60,457 nucleotides of DNA from a virus (lineage: Duplodnaviria > Caudoviricetes): positions 1-60,457 of the IMG/VR virus record IMGVR_UViG_3300046747_000764; one strand, given 5' to 3'. A model generated the notes under the pieces. The model did no database searches. It saw nothing but the letters and a program-made list of their open reading frames with translations, and had not been told where the DNA came from. This document shows positions 1 to 11,015 of the stretch, piece after piece. Position 1 is the stretch's first letter. Every line of letters begins with the position of its first letter. Made by a program: the position numbers and the translations under genes.

Positions 1-157
1 CGCTGGTGGCAATGCCGGCACCGTCGGCAGTATAGGTCGCGGTGGATGCCTGAATCACCTGAAATGGCTGGCATTGCATAGTCGCTGCACCCGCGAGCGA
101 CGACGACAGAGCGAGGGCGAGCGCGAGCGCACACGCCCCATAGAATGGCTTCATCAT
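1..157 (-). CDS. 5' part of an exported protein (runs off the left end)
   Basis: Manual translation MMKPFYGACALALALALSSSLAGAATMQCQPF...; GAGGGA RBS; signal-peptide-like N-terminus. Confidence 0.7.
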   Translation of the reverse strand, partial: MMKPFYGACALALALALSSSLAGAATMQCQPFQVIQASTATYTADGAGIATS

Positions 158-240
158 AAAATTTCCCTCGGAAGAGTGATATGCCGCTGAGTGGGGCGCA
201 GCGGTGGCGCCGGATACTCAAACCTTAGAGCTGCGGCCCG

Positions 241-3200
241 TTAATTCGACGGAACGTGAACCAGCCCAACCGGATCGGTACAGCCCGACGGCATCCACGG
301 CAGGAAGTCGCGCCAATCATGCGGCGGGGCCCCGATGTCAGCGAGGCCGGCGCTGGCGCGGCTGGTGAAATACGAGTTGGTGCCGTCTAGGGTTACGTCA
401 TTGGTGTTGGCGCCTCGTGTTGAGATCGGGACCAACACTCCTGTCGAATCGGAGTCAACAGTTCCGCCAGCACCAGGCACTCTGGAAGCGGAGTCGAACC
501 ACACAAACTTGTTATTGCTCCACGTCTGATGGCTATCGAGCGGAATCCCAAGGCTGAAGAACCAGTGGGCGCTATTGAGCTGCTGCGCAACATACGTGCT
601 GTTGTTTACAGTCGGCGCATTCGGCTGAACGTTGGCCTCCCAATCCCCCCCATATCGCATGCTGTCCCACGAATTCATGTCGGTCCAAGATTTGGTCGAT
701 CCATCTCCGTTGACTGACAGGATCTTGTCAAAGTGGGGTGAGCCAGAATCCATGTCCACAGTCTCGCTGCCGTTATAAACGCCGTCGATATTCTGTAGGA
801 ACATAGAGCAGGTAAAATTCGCCACCTGTGAGCGCTCTTTGAACGTATGGCCAACAATGGCCTGCTCGAAGACGCTGTTGACGGCATTGGTTATCGAGTG
901 CGTTCCGCCCTCTCCCATATAGATAATGTGTTCTGGGCCGTCGCCGCCGCCACTTCTGGCGAACACGGAGTTATAAAAATTTACCGTCTGGTCGACCACA
1001 TTGGAGCTGATGAGGTTCTGTAGTGAGTCGTGGGCATAGACGTTGCGCATGGTCCATGTTCTAAAATCTCGGATGCCGATCATCCAATAGGACCACGGAC
1101 CAAGCTCTATATTGTCAACGGTAAGCGTCGGTGGGCCGGCGCTGACGAATTCGAAATCAACGCCCATAAGGTTTCCCGCGGTTTCGGTAGACCCAAACAG
1201 GTGCGCCCGAGTTTTGCCGCCGTCCGGGGAGAGCCCCTTCAGCCACAAGTGCAGTGGGTGCTGCGGGATCAGCTGGGCTTGAATTGGGGGTATCTGATAT
1301 TCACCAGCCGATATTTTGATCTGCACGTTATCCCAATTGAGGTCGCGGGCACTGTTCATGGCCGCGTACGGATCGGTAAAATCGCATCCTCCGGTGATAC
1401 ATACGGTAAGCACGTGGTCTGGGACGAACGGGTCCGCAGCCAGCGCCACAGGCAATGTCGCGACCGGGGCCGGCGGATCAATCGCTTTGGCGACATAGAA
1501 CGTGTCCGACCTCGTGGCAACATTGAAAGAATTGTGCAAATACCAAACGACCGTAAAGCCCACATCTCGATCGGCTTTTATCACAGGGGCTGTAAGGTTT
1601 ACCGTAAAGGAAGGCGTAGCCGGAAGGTACGCATAATTGGTGCTATCGTCCCCAATTACCTCCCCAGTGCCCTGTTTGACTTGCACGAAATCCGTCGTAG
1701 TAGATGAGCCGCATGTGCCAGTAACAGTGACCGTCTCGCCCGGCGCGTAAGTCGATTTGTTGAGGGCCAGGTGCGGCCCCCCACCACATCCAGAAGTGCC
1801 GCCAATGATGGTCAATTGCTGCAATTTGGGGCTGTTGGTGAAGTTCGAGTCGGTGGCCGAGACGCAGAGATCGTAATTGCGGGCAGTGGTAAGGTTGGCG
1901 CCGGCGATGGAAACGGTCGAACCCGAGAGCGTGAACGAATTATTGTCGGCGCCGGGGCAGTTCACGCCGGCGGTCTTGGTGTAAGTCCCGGCGAACGATC
2001 CGGTGCTCACCTGGGTCGAGAGAGTTCCGATTACGGTGTTGGCGTTTGGTGCCACCGCGACAAAGGTGCTCGGCGAAAGGGTGATCGAGCTGATGACACC
2101 GCCTCCACCGCCTCCCCCTCCGCCTCCGGGGACAATGACAAGAGTGGCCGGAGTTGGATCGAATGGATTGACGAAGGCTTGGGTGGAGGAGCCACCCGTC
2201 AGGCTTGTCGTCGAGGAGAACAGGCCTGTAGATAGGTTGAGCCATGACGCCTGGAGGGAAACCCCACTGGCCGACGACAGATTTACCGTTATGTTCGCGC
2301 CAATCCGATCGTACACAATGTATTGATGCCCAGCGGTATCGACGAGAGCTGTCCCCGTGCTGGACAAGTCGCCACGCGGCAGCATGGCGGTCATGTCGAC
2401 CATCTTAGCCACAGTATTGGTATGCTTAATGGCCGCGCGGTCTACTTGGTCGTAAAAAAGGAAGCTAGAGTTAAAGACGGTATAATTTCCCGCCACGCCA
2501 CTACCCTGGAGGTCGTCCATATAAAGCACGTTGTTGCCATTCATAAATGTCGACCAGAACCAATCGGTTCCGCCGCCCAAGCCAAACTGGTGATCCGTGT
2601 CGGCAAACACCGGCTTAGAGATATTAAAGACCTCTGGAACGAGGTTATAATCTTGATCCTCCATAAAGTCGGCACTGCTCGAGCCAAATTGAGACGATGG
2701 AAGATTTACACCGACTGGGTGGTGCATGTACCCCTGTGATGATTCATACGAATGAACGTAGTTGACGATCGTCTCCTGAAACGGCCACGTCTCGGGGTCC
2801 GGCTCGTTCACCACCTCATAAAGTACGCTAGGCTCCTGCGCTAGGGTGTCAAGCAGGTGACGAAGATACGCCTGCTGGAGGGTCCAGGTCGTTGAATCGG
2901 CGCCGGTGTATGCAGTGTCAACGTTGGTTGTCGTGCCGTTGATGTTATTGGCCCCGTTCCAGAAATCGAACGCCCAATCAGGATCGTGATACATCGCGAA
3001 CAACATGGGCATTACGTAGATGCCCTTGGAGGCGGCGTACTCGACGTTTGCCTTCAAATTATTAAAGAACGCCGCGTTAAACGAAGTGACGTCGATTTTA
3101 TTGCCGCCATCGCCCGCGCAGCATGTACCGGAACGATTAAATGGGATTGGCGTCACATTGCCGACGTCGGAATTAAACCGGATACCAGAGATCTCCCAAT

Positions 3201-6200
3201 GCCGGATGACGTTTGCGTTAATACTCGACAGAAAATCGGCGAAAGCATTGAAGGAAAAAGGCCCAAAGTTAGCCGTCGACGTGTAGCCACTAAGCCAGTG
3301 ATGATTTCCCGTCAGGTAGATTCCCTTGCCGTCCGGCGTCTTGAAGTAATGCGGGTTGGAGCCTAGTACGGCGAGCGGCCCCAGCGCGTTCGTCACCGTC
3401 GCGGGCGTTACCGTGAGGGGCGTGGTTGCGCTTATGGTAAAGCCGTCGTTGAGCAAATACCGGATCTCATAATCGCCTGCGGCAGGGGCCGTAAGCGAGA
3501 TGGTGGCCGGGAGCGCCACGGGCGAGCCCGGCGGGGTTTGTGAACCGTTCAGGTAGGCCCACGTGCCGATCGTGGTCGAGCCAGAGCCGGTCGGGACGAT
3601 ATTGATCCAGTCCCTCGCGTTCCCCTGTCCATTCGACAGCGTGATTGAAACCGGAGTCCCCGAGGTGACGGTTGATCCGCCATTCACCACCAACGATGGG
3701 CCACCTGTGCCGGTGACGGTAAAACCCTGGTACTGCGGGCTGTTTGTGAACGCTCCGTCGGTCGCGCTGACGCAGATCGCTTTGCTTCCCGCAGCCGTGA
3801 TGGCGGTGCCGCCGATCTTCAGGGTCGAGCCGGCAATCGTGAAGAGGCCGTTGTTGGCACCCAATCCAGAGCACCCACCTGTCGTGGACAGGGCGAATGT
3901 CCCAGCGAATGACCCAGAGGATACCGCCGCGAACAGCGTGCCGACCGTCGAGCCTTGGTTGCCGGCCGTCGCCACAAAAGTCGCCGGTGTCAACGAAAGC
4001 GTGTTGATGGTGGCGCCACCGCCACCGCCCGCGTTGACGTGCAGGTGCATCTCCCCAAGGACCGGACGCCCTCCGGGCCCACCACCCGTGGATTTGACCT
4101 GCACCATCTGCGATGCGTCGCACGGGATGGTCCCGACCGTGACCAGGTTGTTCCCGCTGATCGCGTAGTGCGTCGGGTCCGAGGCCTTATAGATCGACCA
4201 GGTGCCGGGGGTAGCGCCTTGGGTCAGCCCCATGGTGTCCACCACGGTCCCCGGCGAGGCACCGCAAGACAGCGTGGCAAATTGGTGGGTGTGCGTAACG
4301 ACGGGAGGCACGCCGGCCACCACCACCGTTGGGTCCCAATTGTATTGCGGAGTGGCCGGGTTATAGTTGCCGGGCGATCTGGTCTCAACGTCAGCTAGCG
4401 CATGCGATACGTCATATCCCAGGATGGAGAGCCCCCATATTGCTTGATGTGCATAAGGGATGTAGCCGTTATTCGCGTAACCGCCGCCGGGGCCGGGATC
4501 GTACAGGAACCGCTGCTTGGGGCCAAAGTTAAGGCCGGCCCCGCTTTGGTTCTGTACCAACACTCCACCAACTGTAAAACCGGTGAAATTCTGCCCAGCA
4601 ACCGGACATTGACTCGGAAAGGCAGCGTGATCTGCCGCTGTGCACTGCAGGAAAAACGTCTGATCCGTATTGTTTACGTTGGTAAACGTGAACCAACGAT
4701 TGCCGGGCAACTGATCGATTATCGTAGAGTTCTGACCGAATCCCGATACGTTCTTTAACGAGTCGCCGTTGGTCAGCGACGTATTGCCCGGAATGGAGTT
4801 GAGTTGGAGCTTCCCACCAGAAAGGACGTCAATATAAATATCAAAGGTGCCAAAATCCGAGGCGTCTACGCCGTTAACAAACGGGCCGTAAATGCCGCCC
4901 ATCTCAGAGCCAGTGTTTGGGTGATCGCCTTCATGAGTAAATGGTTCGCTGGCATAATCGATGGCCCAATAAGTAGACATCATGCCGTACATCTGGCCGC
5001 CGATCTCGCCCTCGTAAATCTTGGCGTCAGGCATGGTTATAGTTTCAGCCAGCGGCGAATGCTGAAACGTCGTCATGAGGTAACCAGCGGCCTCTATATG
5101 GGCCTTGATGAACGTTTCATCGAAAACAAACATATTGCCTGGCGGATTTAACGATCCGGTAAATCCTACGCTGCTCGGACCGTCGCGATAGCTTAGAAAG
5201 GACGGCCAAAAATTGGCGTTCTCAGTAAGCAGGTCGGCGAAGTATGAGCGCTCCGGATTGTTGGCTAAGGTCGGCACCAAGGGGTAATCATCGGCGCCAA
5301 AGGTGGCTCCGTAGGAGACATCACGCATCAACCACGCGCTACCACGAGCTTGGTAGACGTTCGTCAACAAGCCCCAGTAATGGTAGATGTTGCCGTCACT
5401 GTACCGTCCGTTAGCATCGCGAAAACCTCCGCCGCCAAGATCGCTAGCGGGGCCGACGGCCACTTGCATAACATCGTTGGCAGCGCGCCATTGTATTAGG
5501 TCAAGGAAGTGACGATCGCCGAACAACTGATAGGTGAATCCGGCAAACCCAGGCATGTGATCAAGCCCGGTGTAAACGAGACCGCCCGAAAGATCGTACC
5601 CACCAGGATTCAACTTGCCTGATGGATCGGCCAACCCATTCATAGGTCCGGGCGGGATGTGAGTTTGATTTCTCGTTAACAAACCGGTGTAAGAGCCGCC
5701 ATTGCCGTTCCCACCAGGGCCGGTTGGCGGGCCATTGTTGAGGGCCGGGATGCGACCTGTCGCCTCATCCAGCGTGGTCCCATAACCGTCCCGCGGCGCA
5801 CAATACGAGGCCGTCCTGGCGGCATCCCAATCCGATTCGGCCTGCGTGACAAACGCCTGAGCCGAGTATTCGTTGGAGATACCAATATCAGAGCGAGCGC
5901 CAACATCGCCCGTACCCTTCATGTTCATGTAGCCCATCGGGCCGTAAAGATTAGAGAGCCCTATGGAGTAATCCGTAAGACCGGTAGTGCCGGGCTGAGT
6001 TAGATTGAGAGGGATGATCACCCCGGTGCGCTCCCAATATTGCTTTTCAGCAAGAGTGAGCGCCGGGTAAACCTTTCGTGTTACCCGAGTGGCCGAGCCA
6101 AAGGGCGACCAGTTGGATAGCCCAGTCGCATCAACGGTTTCCCATGTTTTGAAATGGGGATGCGGTATGCGTGCCGAGAAGGTCGTTGTTCCAGAGCCCA

Positions 6201-9200
6201 GCGCGCCGCTGAGCGCCTCGCTGTCGGTCTGCGGGGCCTGTAGGAGATTGACGTACCGCGTCTCACCTAAAGTAGACGTGCCCGCGCTGCTGGCTGGATA
6301 TACATAAAGCAGCTGCCCATTGGTGAGCCCCCCAAGGCAGCCGCCCGAGCACGTCACCCGCGTCGCCTGCCCGTTGTACCACGCGTTGAGGCCGGTCGAG
6401 GATGGTATTAATAAGCAATTGCCGTAGCCTCTATAGCAGGAGGTATTCCACGGACCTGATCCGGCGGTGAGCACCGAGGCCGACGAATTGGTAATCGTCG
6501 CGTCGAGGCCGCTCCAATCGTAGACATTGGTTGCCCCGTCATCGACCTGTGCACGATACGACAAGAATTGCGGGTCGTTGGCGAAACCGGCCGGGCCGAC
6601 GTTTCCAGCGTTACCGGCGCTGCCCTGCGCGACGTTCATCCAGCTGTTGTGGATGTGGCACACCCACCGCACATCGCCCGCCGAAGTACCATCGGAGGAT
6701 TTGGTGAAGAGGTCGATGTTGCACTGCGCGTAGAGCAGCGGATCTTTGTGTCCACTCGTCGCATACGTAAATAGCCCGCTCACGACGTACTCATCCATCA
6801 CGTTGCCGGCGGCAACGTGGCGTGGAGCATCGCGCCCGGTGTTGGCGATATTGTCGCAGATGCGGAACGTCGCATCCCCGGAATCGCGCACCGTGTCATT
6901 CGTGTTACGGATGTCGGTGAGATGGATCTTCAGGTCATGCGCCGCGGGGCCGCTGCACAAAGCGGTTAGAGGCTGGTGCGAGGATTCCGCGTAGGCTCCC
7001 GCCGTAGAGATAAACTCGAACTGTGTGGTCGCCCCATTAGCCAGGGACGACGGCAACCAAGCGGCCCAGACCGCATGGCGCCACGAACCGTTGCCGCCGT
7101 TCTCGCGCCATGTCGAGATCTCGTTCCACTGCTGGCCGGCGAGGGCTGTGTGGGTCGAGGCGCTGCGGATCAGCGGGTGGGTACCTGGCATGATATCGCC
7201 ATAGGCGAACCCCTGGCCCATGGAAATGGGCGAGCCGGCGGGCAAGGTCGCCCCGGAGAGGTTCTTAAAGGTGACCGTTGTTATGGCAGAGCCGACCGCG
7301 ATCCCATTGACGGTTAGCCCTTGAGAGAAAGGACTGTTGCTGAACGTGGCGTCGGTCGCCGTTACGCAAATCGCATAGGCGCGCACGGTGGTAACGTCGG
7401 TTCCGTGCAGCTTTAGGGTCGCTCCGGTGAGTGTGAACAGACCGTTATCGGCGCCCAATCCAGAGCACCCGCCAGTCGTCGAGAAAGCGTAGGTACCAGC
7501 GAAGGAGCCCGAAGAGACGGCGGTGGACAATTGCCCCACGGTCGCGTTGGCATTGCCGGCTTGCGCAACAAAGGAGGCCGGCGACAGCGCAACCGAACTG
7601 ATCGAGAGCACCGCGCCGGCGTTGCCCGTGACGGTGAGTTGCTGCAATTTGGGGCTGTTAGAGAACCCGCCCTGAGTAGCGCTGACGCAAATGTTATAGG
7701 CGCCCGCGCCGGTTATGTCGGACGCGCCGATATGGAGTATCTCATTATGGGTGCCGGTGAGCGTGAACTTGGCATTGTCGGTGCCGGGGCAGCTGAGGCC
7801 GGTGGTCAGGGCGAAATTGCCAGTGAAGCTTCCGCTCGACACACTAGCCGTGAGAGTGCCGACCGTGGTGGTGGCATTGCCGGCTTGCGCGGTGAAGGAG
7901 GATGGATTTAGCGCGACCGAGTTGATCTGTGGAGTGCCGGTCACGATCAGCGGAGTGGTCGCGACGATAGTGTTGCTGGATGACCCCGGCGATGTGTAAT
8001 AGCGGATCTCGTAGGTTCCCGGAGCGCTCGGGCCCGTCATTGTGTTGGTGCCAGAGGTCAACTGCGGAGATGGCGGCGACGCCCCGTCAGGATTGCCGTT
8101 GAGATAAGCAAAGCAGCATTCATTGGCGCCGGCATTTGGCCAGCTCGGCGACCCTGGAACCGCAATAGTCATAAAGTCGTAAGTATTCCCGACACCGCCA
8201 GCGAAAGTCACCGGGATAGAGGCGCCCGGCGCGACCGACGAGCCCTGGAACAGAATGAGCGATGGACCATTCCCTTGGATGGTGAGGGGCTGCAGTTTGG
8301 GGCTGTTACTGAACGATGAGTCGGTGGCAGACACGCAGATGTGGTAGGCAATGCCATTGAAGGCGGCGGATGAGCCGATCTTCAGGGTCGAGCCGGTGAT
8401 CGCAAAGCTAGCGTTGTTCGTGGAATCGCATCCAGCTCCCGTAGCCAGGGCGAAGGTGCCCCCAAAGGTGCCCGAGGAAACTACGGCAGATAAGGTTCCG
8501 ACGGTCGAATTCGCATTGCCGCTCGATGAGGTAAATGACGACGGCGTCGCGGAGACCGAGGTAATCGTGGCCGCGGGACCGCCCGTGCCTGTAATGGTCA
8601 GCTGTTGAGCGAATGGACTGTTCGCGAACCCCGCGTCGGTCGCCAGCAGGCAAATCGCATAGGCGCGCGCGGTGACGACGTCGGCGGTGTTCAGCTTCAG
8701 CGTCGAGCCCGTGATCGCAAAGCTGGCGTTGTCGGCACCGTGAGTGGCGCACCCACCCGAAGTAGACAGCGCATAGGTCCCGGCGAATGTGCCCGTCGAG
8801 ACGGCGGTTGAAAGGGACCCGACCGTCGCGTTGGCGTTGCCGGCTTGGGCCGCGAAAGTAGCCGGCGTCGCGGTAACCGAAGTAATCGTGGCGGTCGGAG
8901 CGCCAGCGGTACCGGTGACAGTCAGCTGTTGCGCGAAGGGGCTGTTCGAGAAATTGACGTCGGTCGCCAGCAAGCAGATAGCGTAAGCACGAGCGACAGT
9001 AACGGCGGACCCACCGACCTTTAGTGTCGTCCCCGCAATCGCAAAGCTGGCGTTGTCGGCGCCGTGACCAGAGCACCCGCCCGAAGTCGATAGAGCATAG
9101 GTGCCAGCGAACGTGCCGCTCGAGACGACCGATGAGAGCGTCCCGACGGTAGCGTTCTGATTCCCAGCTTGGGCGATGAATGACGACGGCGACACCCCGA

Positions 9201-9750
9201 CCGAGTTTATCGTGGCGGCTGGCGGGGCTGCCGTGCCGGTCACCGAGATTGGAAAGAAAGCGGGGCTATTCCCGAAATTAGCGTCGACGGCCCGCACACA
9301 TAGCGCGTAGGTCCGGGCGACCGTAACGGCGGTAGTGTTGATCGAAAGTGTGGAGCTTGTTATCGAAAATGCGGCGTTGTCAGTCCCGGGACAATTTGTA
9401 CTAGTCGCCAGCGCATATGTACCGGCGAAGGCGCCGCTCGATACGACGGCGGTGAAAGTCCCAACCACCCGATTTGCGTTGCTAGACTCGGCTACGAACG
9501 AACTCGGCGAGACTGAGATCGAGTTAATCTGAGGACCATTGGCACCGAAGTATGTCTTGAGGTCGCCTAACGAGTGGCGGAAGCAAGGCGGCGAGCCACC
9601 GGGACATACCAGGATCGAGTCGGAATCCGAGAGCGAGGGCCCTGGGACTAGCTGGGGGACGGTTAATCCCTGTGGGTTCTGCGCAAAAGCAGGAAGCGCC
9701 AGGAACAGTAAGGCGATCAGCAATAAGCCAAGGCGTTTTGTCACTAGCAT
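241..9750 (-). CDS. Giant (~3170 aa) exported multidomain protein: 8 cadherin/Ig-like repeats, DUF6298/clan GH-A-like domain with collagen-binding-like module, C-terminal beta-helix-like domain
   Basis: Start re-called at MLVTKRLGLLLIALLFLALPAFA (AAGGA RBS); ~100-aa repeats (I(N/T)S..SP.SF.A...N..VG.L...DN..F..Y..C..ATD..F.NSP); NPHYF..GKGIYLTGNHHW, LYEVVNE and DTDH motifs; HIIYMG and GHTFKER in the C-terminal domain. Confidence 0.8.
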   Translation of the reverse strand: MLVTKRLGLLLIALLFLALPAFAQNPQGLTVPQLVPGPSLSDSDSILVCPGGSPPCFRHSLGDLKTYFGANGPQINSISVSPSSFVAESSNANRVVGTFTAVVSSGAFAGTYALATSTNCPGTDNAAFSITSSTLSINTTAVTVARTYALCVRAVDANFGNSPAFFPISVTGTAAPPAATINSVGVSPSSFIAQAGNQNATVGTLSSVVSSGTFAGTYALSTSGGCSGHGADNASFAIAGTTLKVGGSAVTVARAYAICLLATDVNFSNSPFAQQLTVTGTAGAPTATITSVTATPATFAAQAGNANATVGSLSTAVSTGTFAGTYALSTSGGCATHGADNASFAITGSTLKLNTADVVTARAYAICLLATDAGFANSPFAQQLTITGTGGPAATITSVSATPSSFTSSSGNANSTVGTLSAVVSSGTFGGTFALATGAGCDSTNNASFAITGSTLKIGSSAAFNGIAYHICVSATDSSFSNSPKLQPLTIQGNGPSLILFQGSSVAPGASIPVTFAGGVGNTYDFMTIAVPGSPSWPNAGANECCFAYLNGNPDGASPPSPQLTSGTNTMTGPSAPGTYEIRYYTSPGSSSNTIVATTPLIVTGTPQINSVALNPSSFTAQAGNATTTVGTLTASVSSGSFTGNFALTTGLSCPGTDNAKFTLTGTHNEILHIGASDITGAGAYNICVSATQGGFSNSPKLQQLTVTGNAGAVLSISSVALSPASFVAQAGNANATVGQLSTAVSSGSFAGTYAFSTTGGCSGLGADNGLFTLTGATLKLHGTDVTTVRAYAICVTATDATFSNSPFSQGLTVNGIAVGSAITTVTFKNLSGATLPAGSPISMGQGFAYGDIMPGTHPLIRSASTHTALAGQQWNEISTWRENGGNGSWRHAVWAAWLPSSLANGATTQFEFISTAGAYAESSHQPLTALCSGPAAHDLKIHLTDIRNTNDTVRDSGDATFRICDNIANTGRDAPRHVAAGNVMDEYVVSGLFTYATSGHKDPLLYAQCNIDLFTKSSDGTSAGDVRWVCHIHNSWMNVAQGSAGNAGNVGPAGFANDPQFLSYRAQVDDGATNVYDWSGLDATITNSSASVLTAGSGPWNTSCYRGYGNCLLIPSSTGLNAWYNGQATRVTCSGGCLGGLTNGQLLYVYPASSAGTSTLGETRYVNLLQAPQTDSEALSGALGSGTTTFSARIPHPHFKTWETVDATGLSNWSPFGSATRVTRKVYPALTLAEKQYWERTGVIIPLNLTQPGTTGLTDYSIGLSNLYGPMGYMNMKGTGDVGARSDIGISNEYSAQAFVTQAESDWDAARTASYCAPRDGYGTTLDEATGRIPALNNGPPTGPGGNGNGGSYTGLLTRNQTHIPPGPMNGLADPSGKLNPGGYDLSGGLVYTGLDHMPGFAGFTYQLFGDRHFLDLIQWRAANDVMQVAVGPASDLGGGGFRDANGRYSDGNIYHYWGLLTNVYQARGSAWLMRDVSYGATFGADDYPLVPTLANNPERSYFADLLTENANFWPSFLSYRDGPSSVGFTGSLNPPGNMFVFDETFIKAHIEAAGYLMTTFQHSPLAETITMPDAKIYEGEIGGQMYGMMSTYWAIDYASEPFTHEGDHPNTGSEMGGIYGPFVNGVDASDFGTFDIYIDVLSGGKLQLNSIPGNTSLTNGDSLKNVSGFGQNSTIIDQLPGNRWFTFTNVNNTDQTFFLQCTAADHAAFPSQCPVAGQNFTGFTVGGVLVQNQSGAGLNFGPKQRFLYDPGPGGGYANNGYIPYAHQAIWGLSILGYDVSHALADVETRSPGNYNPATPQYNWDPTVVVAGVPPVVTHTHQFATLSCGASPGTVVDTMGLTQGATPGTWSIYKASDPTHYAISGNNLVTVGTIPCDASQMVQVKSTGGGPGGRPVLGEMHLHVNAGGGGGATINTLSLTPATFVATAGNQGSTVGTLFAAVSSGSFAGTFALSTTGGCSGLGANNGLFTIAGSTLKIGGTAITAAGSKAICVSATDGAFTNSPQYQGFTVTGTGGPSLVVNGGSTVTSGTPVSITLSNGQGNARDWINIVPTGSGSTTIGTWAYLNGSQTPPGSPVALPATISLTAPAAGDYEIRYLLNDGFTISATTPLTVTPATVTNALGPLAVLGSNPHYFKTPDGKGIYLTGNHHWLSGYTSTANFGPFSFNAFADFLSSINANVIRHWEISGIRFNSDVGNVTPIPFNRSGTCCAGDGGNKIDVTSFNAAFFNNLKANVEYAASKGIYVMPMLFAMYHDPDWAFDFWNGANNINGTTTNVDTAYTGADSTTWTLQQAYLRHLLDTLAQEPSVLYEVVNEPDPETWPFQETIVNYVHSYESSQGYMHHPVGVNLPSSQFGSSSADFMEDQDYNLVPEVFNISKPVFADTDHQFGLGGGTDWFWSTFMNGNNVLYMDDLQGSGVAGNYTVFNSSFLFYDQVDRAAIKHTNTVAKMVDMTAMLPRGDLSSTGTALVDTAGHQYIVYDRIGANITVNLSSASGVSLQASWLNLSTGLFSSTTSLTGGSSTQAFVNPFDPTPATLVIVPGGGGGGGGGGVISSITLSPSTFVAVAPNANTVIGTLSTQVSTGSFAGTYTKTAGVNCPGADNNSFTLSGSTVSIAGANLTTARNYDLCVSATDSNFTNSPKLQQLTIIGGTSGCGGGPHLALNKSTYAPGETVTVTGTCGSSTTTDFVQVKQGTGEVIGDDSTNYAYLPATPSFTVNLTAPVIKADRDVGFTVVWYLHNSFNVATRSDTFYVAKAIDPPAPVATLPVALAADPFVPDHVLTVCITGGCDFTDPYAAMNSARDLNWDNVQIKISAGEYQIPPIQAQLIPQHPLHLWLKGLSPDGGKTRAHLFGSTETAGNLMGVDFEFVSAGPPTLTVDNIELGPWSYWMIGIRDFRTWTMRNVYAHDSLQNLISSNVVDQTVNFYNSVFARSGGGDGPEHIIYMGEGGTHSITNAVNSVFEQAIVGHTFKERSQVANFTCSMFLQNIDGVYNGSETVDMDSGSPHFDKILSVNGDGSTKSWTDMNSWDSMRYGGDWEANVQPNAPTVNNSTYVAQQLNSAHWFFSLGIPLDSHQTWSNNKFVWFDSASRVPGAGGTVDSDSTGVLVPISTRGANTNDVTLDGTNSYFTSRASAGLADIGAPPHDWRDFLPWMPSGCTDPVGLVHVPSN

Positions 9751-9755
9751 TTTCC

Positions 9756-11015
9756 TTACTGAACGACCAGAGGAACGCCGGCACCGGTGACCCACCAGGC
9801 GGAGTTGCTTTTGGCGATGAATTCTGCGCAGCCGCGTCCGAGGCTGATTGCCTGCGTCGGCGCGAGCGGACCCGAGGGTGTGTTGATAATCGTCCCGTCC
9901 GCTTGGGCGTAGACCAGAACCGGCGTAGTGGTCTCGTCGCACACATAGGTGTGCCCGAACGCCACAGCGGCCGGCAGACATACCCCCGCTCCCGGGGGCA
10001 CGGTGCTCACGTAATTCTGTTGCGTTGTCAGCGCTGTGCAGTTGGCCTGCGTCGTGCCCATTGCGGAGAGTCCCGTCGAGCCCGAGTCGATTCCCAAAGG
10101 AACGTGATAAGCGCCGCCTCCGTCGATCGAGATAGACTGGCCGTCAGGCCGGCCGGCGCCGTTCGTAGTATTGGTGGCCAGCGGCAGAGCGGCAGCCGGT
10201 ACTAGCGCCTGCCATGACGGCGTACCTGGCTGGCAGGTTACGACTTGCGTGTTGGGGTCGGTCGTGCAGGCGCCGGGGAGGTTGATATGTACGGCGCTTG
10301 TCGAAGGTGCAGCCAAACGAGCGAGCGACCCATTGGCACCACGATAATAGGTGTCGCCCGACGCATCCGACCCGAGCGTGATGGTTGGCGAGGTTAGAGT
10401 GAGGCCGGAGGCGAGGGCCGGGGTGGTAATGGCACCCGGAGCGAGCTGCGACGGGCCGATCTGTTTGTATGTGTTGTCGTTACTTAGGAGCCGCGTACCG
10501 TCATAGTTGGCCGTGGTCGGTAGGCCGACGAGCGCCCGATAGCCAACGCCATCGCTGAATATCATCGCGCCTTGATTGGACCCGAACACAATGTTCGCAC
10601 GACCATTGATCAGCGCGTTATTCTGGGGGGTAACAGAATTCCCCTGTGCTACGGAAAAGTAGGTTGAACCGAACCCTGCGCCGAAACCGGCTGTGGCGGG
10701 CGTGTCGATTGTGTCGGCCTGCGCGGCGAAGTTGGTGCGGTAAACAATTTTGAATGCGTCAGTCGAAGGGAGCGCAAAGGCGCCCGCGACCGACTGCGTG
10801 TCGAGCACAGCCGACCATGCTCCGAATGCAACGGCCCATCCGGAGCATAAGCTCCGATCGTGGCCGGGACTCGGGCCCTGGTCGATGAGGAGGCAAGAGT
10901 CAGCGGGGAGCGGGGAGATCGCCGAAGGCTCGTCGCGGGTAAATTTGTTTGTCTGAGCAAACGCGGGCCAAGCCGCCATCATTGCGGCCAGGAATATGAG
11001 AAATTTAATCGGCAT
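9756..11015 (-). CDS. Exported tail-fibre-like protein
   Basis: Start re-called at MPIKFLIFLAAMMAAWPAFA (signal peptide); fibre-like GDTYYRGANGSLARLA and LPLAT..G..RPDG.SI.ID segments. Confidence 0.65.
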   Translation of the reverse strand: MPIKFLIFLAAMMAAWPAFAQTNKFTRDEPSAISPLPADSCLLIDQGPSPGHDRSLCSGWAVAFGAWSAVLDTQSVAGAFALPSTDAFKIVYRTNFAAQADTIDTPATAGFGAGFGSTYFSVAQGNSVTPQNNALINGRANIVFGSNQGAMIFSDGVGYRALVGLPTTANYDGTRLLSNDNTYKQIGPSQLAPGAITTPALASGLTLTSPTITLGSDASGDTYYRGANGSLARLAAPSTSAVHINLPGACTTDPNTQVVTCQPGTPSWQALVPAAALPLATNTTNGAGRPDGQSISIDGGGAYHVPLGIDSGSTGLSAMGTTQANCTALTTQQNYVSTVPPGAGVCLPAAVAFGHTYVCDETTTPVLVYAQADGTIINTPSGPLAPTQAISLGRGCAEFIAKSNSAWWVTGAGVPLVVQ

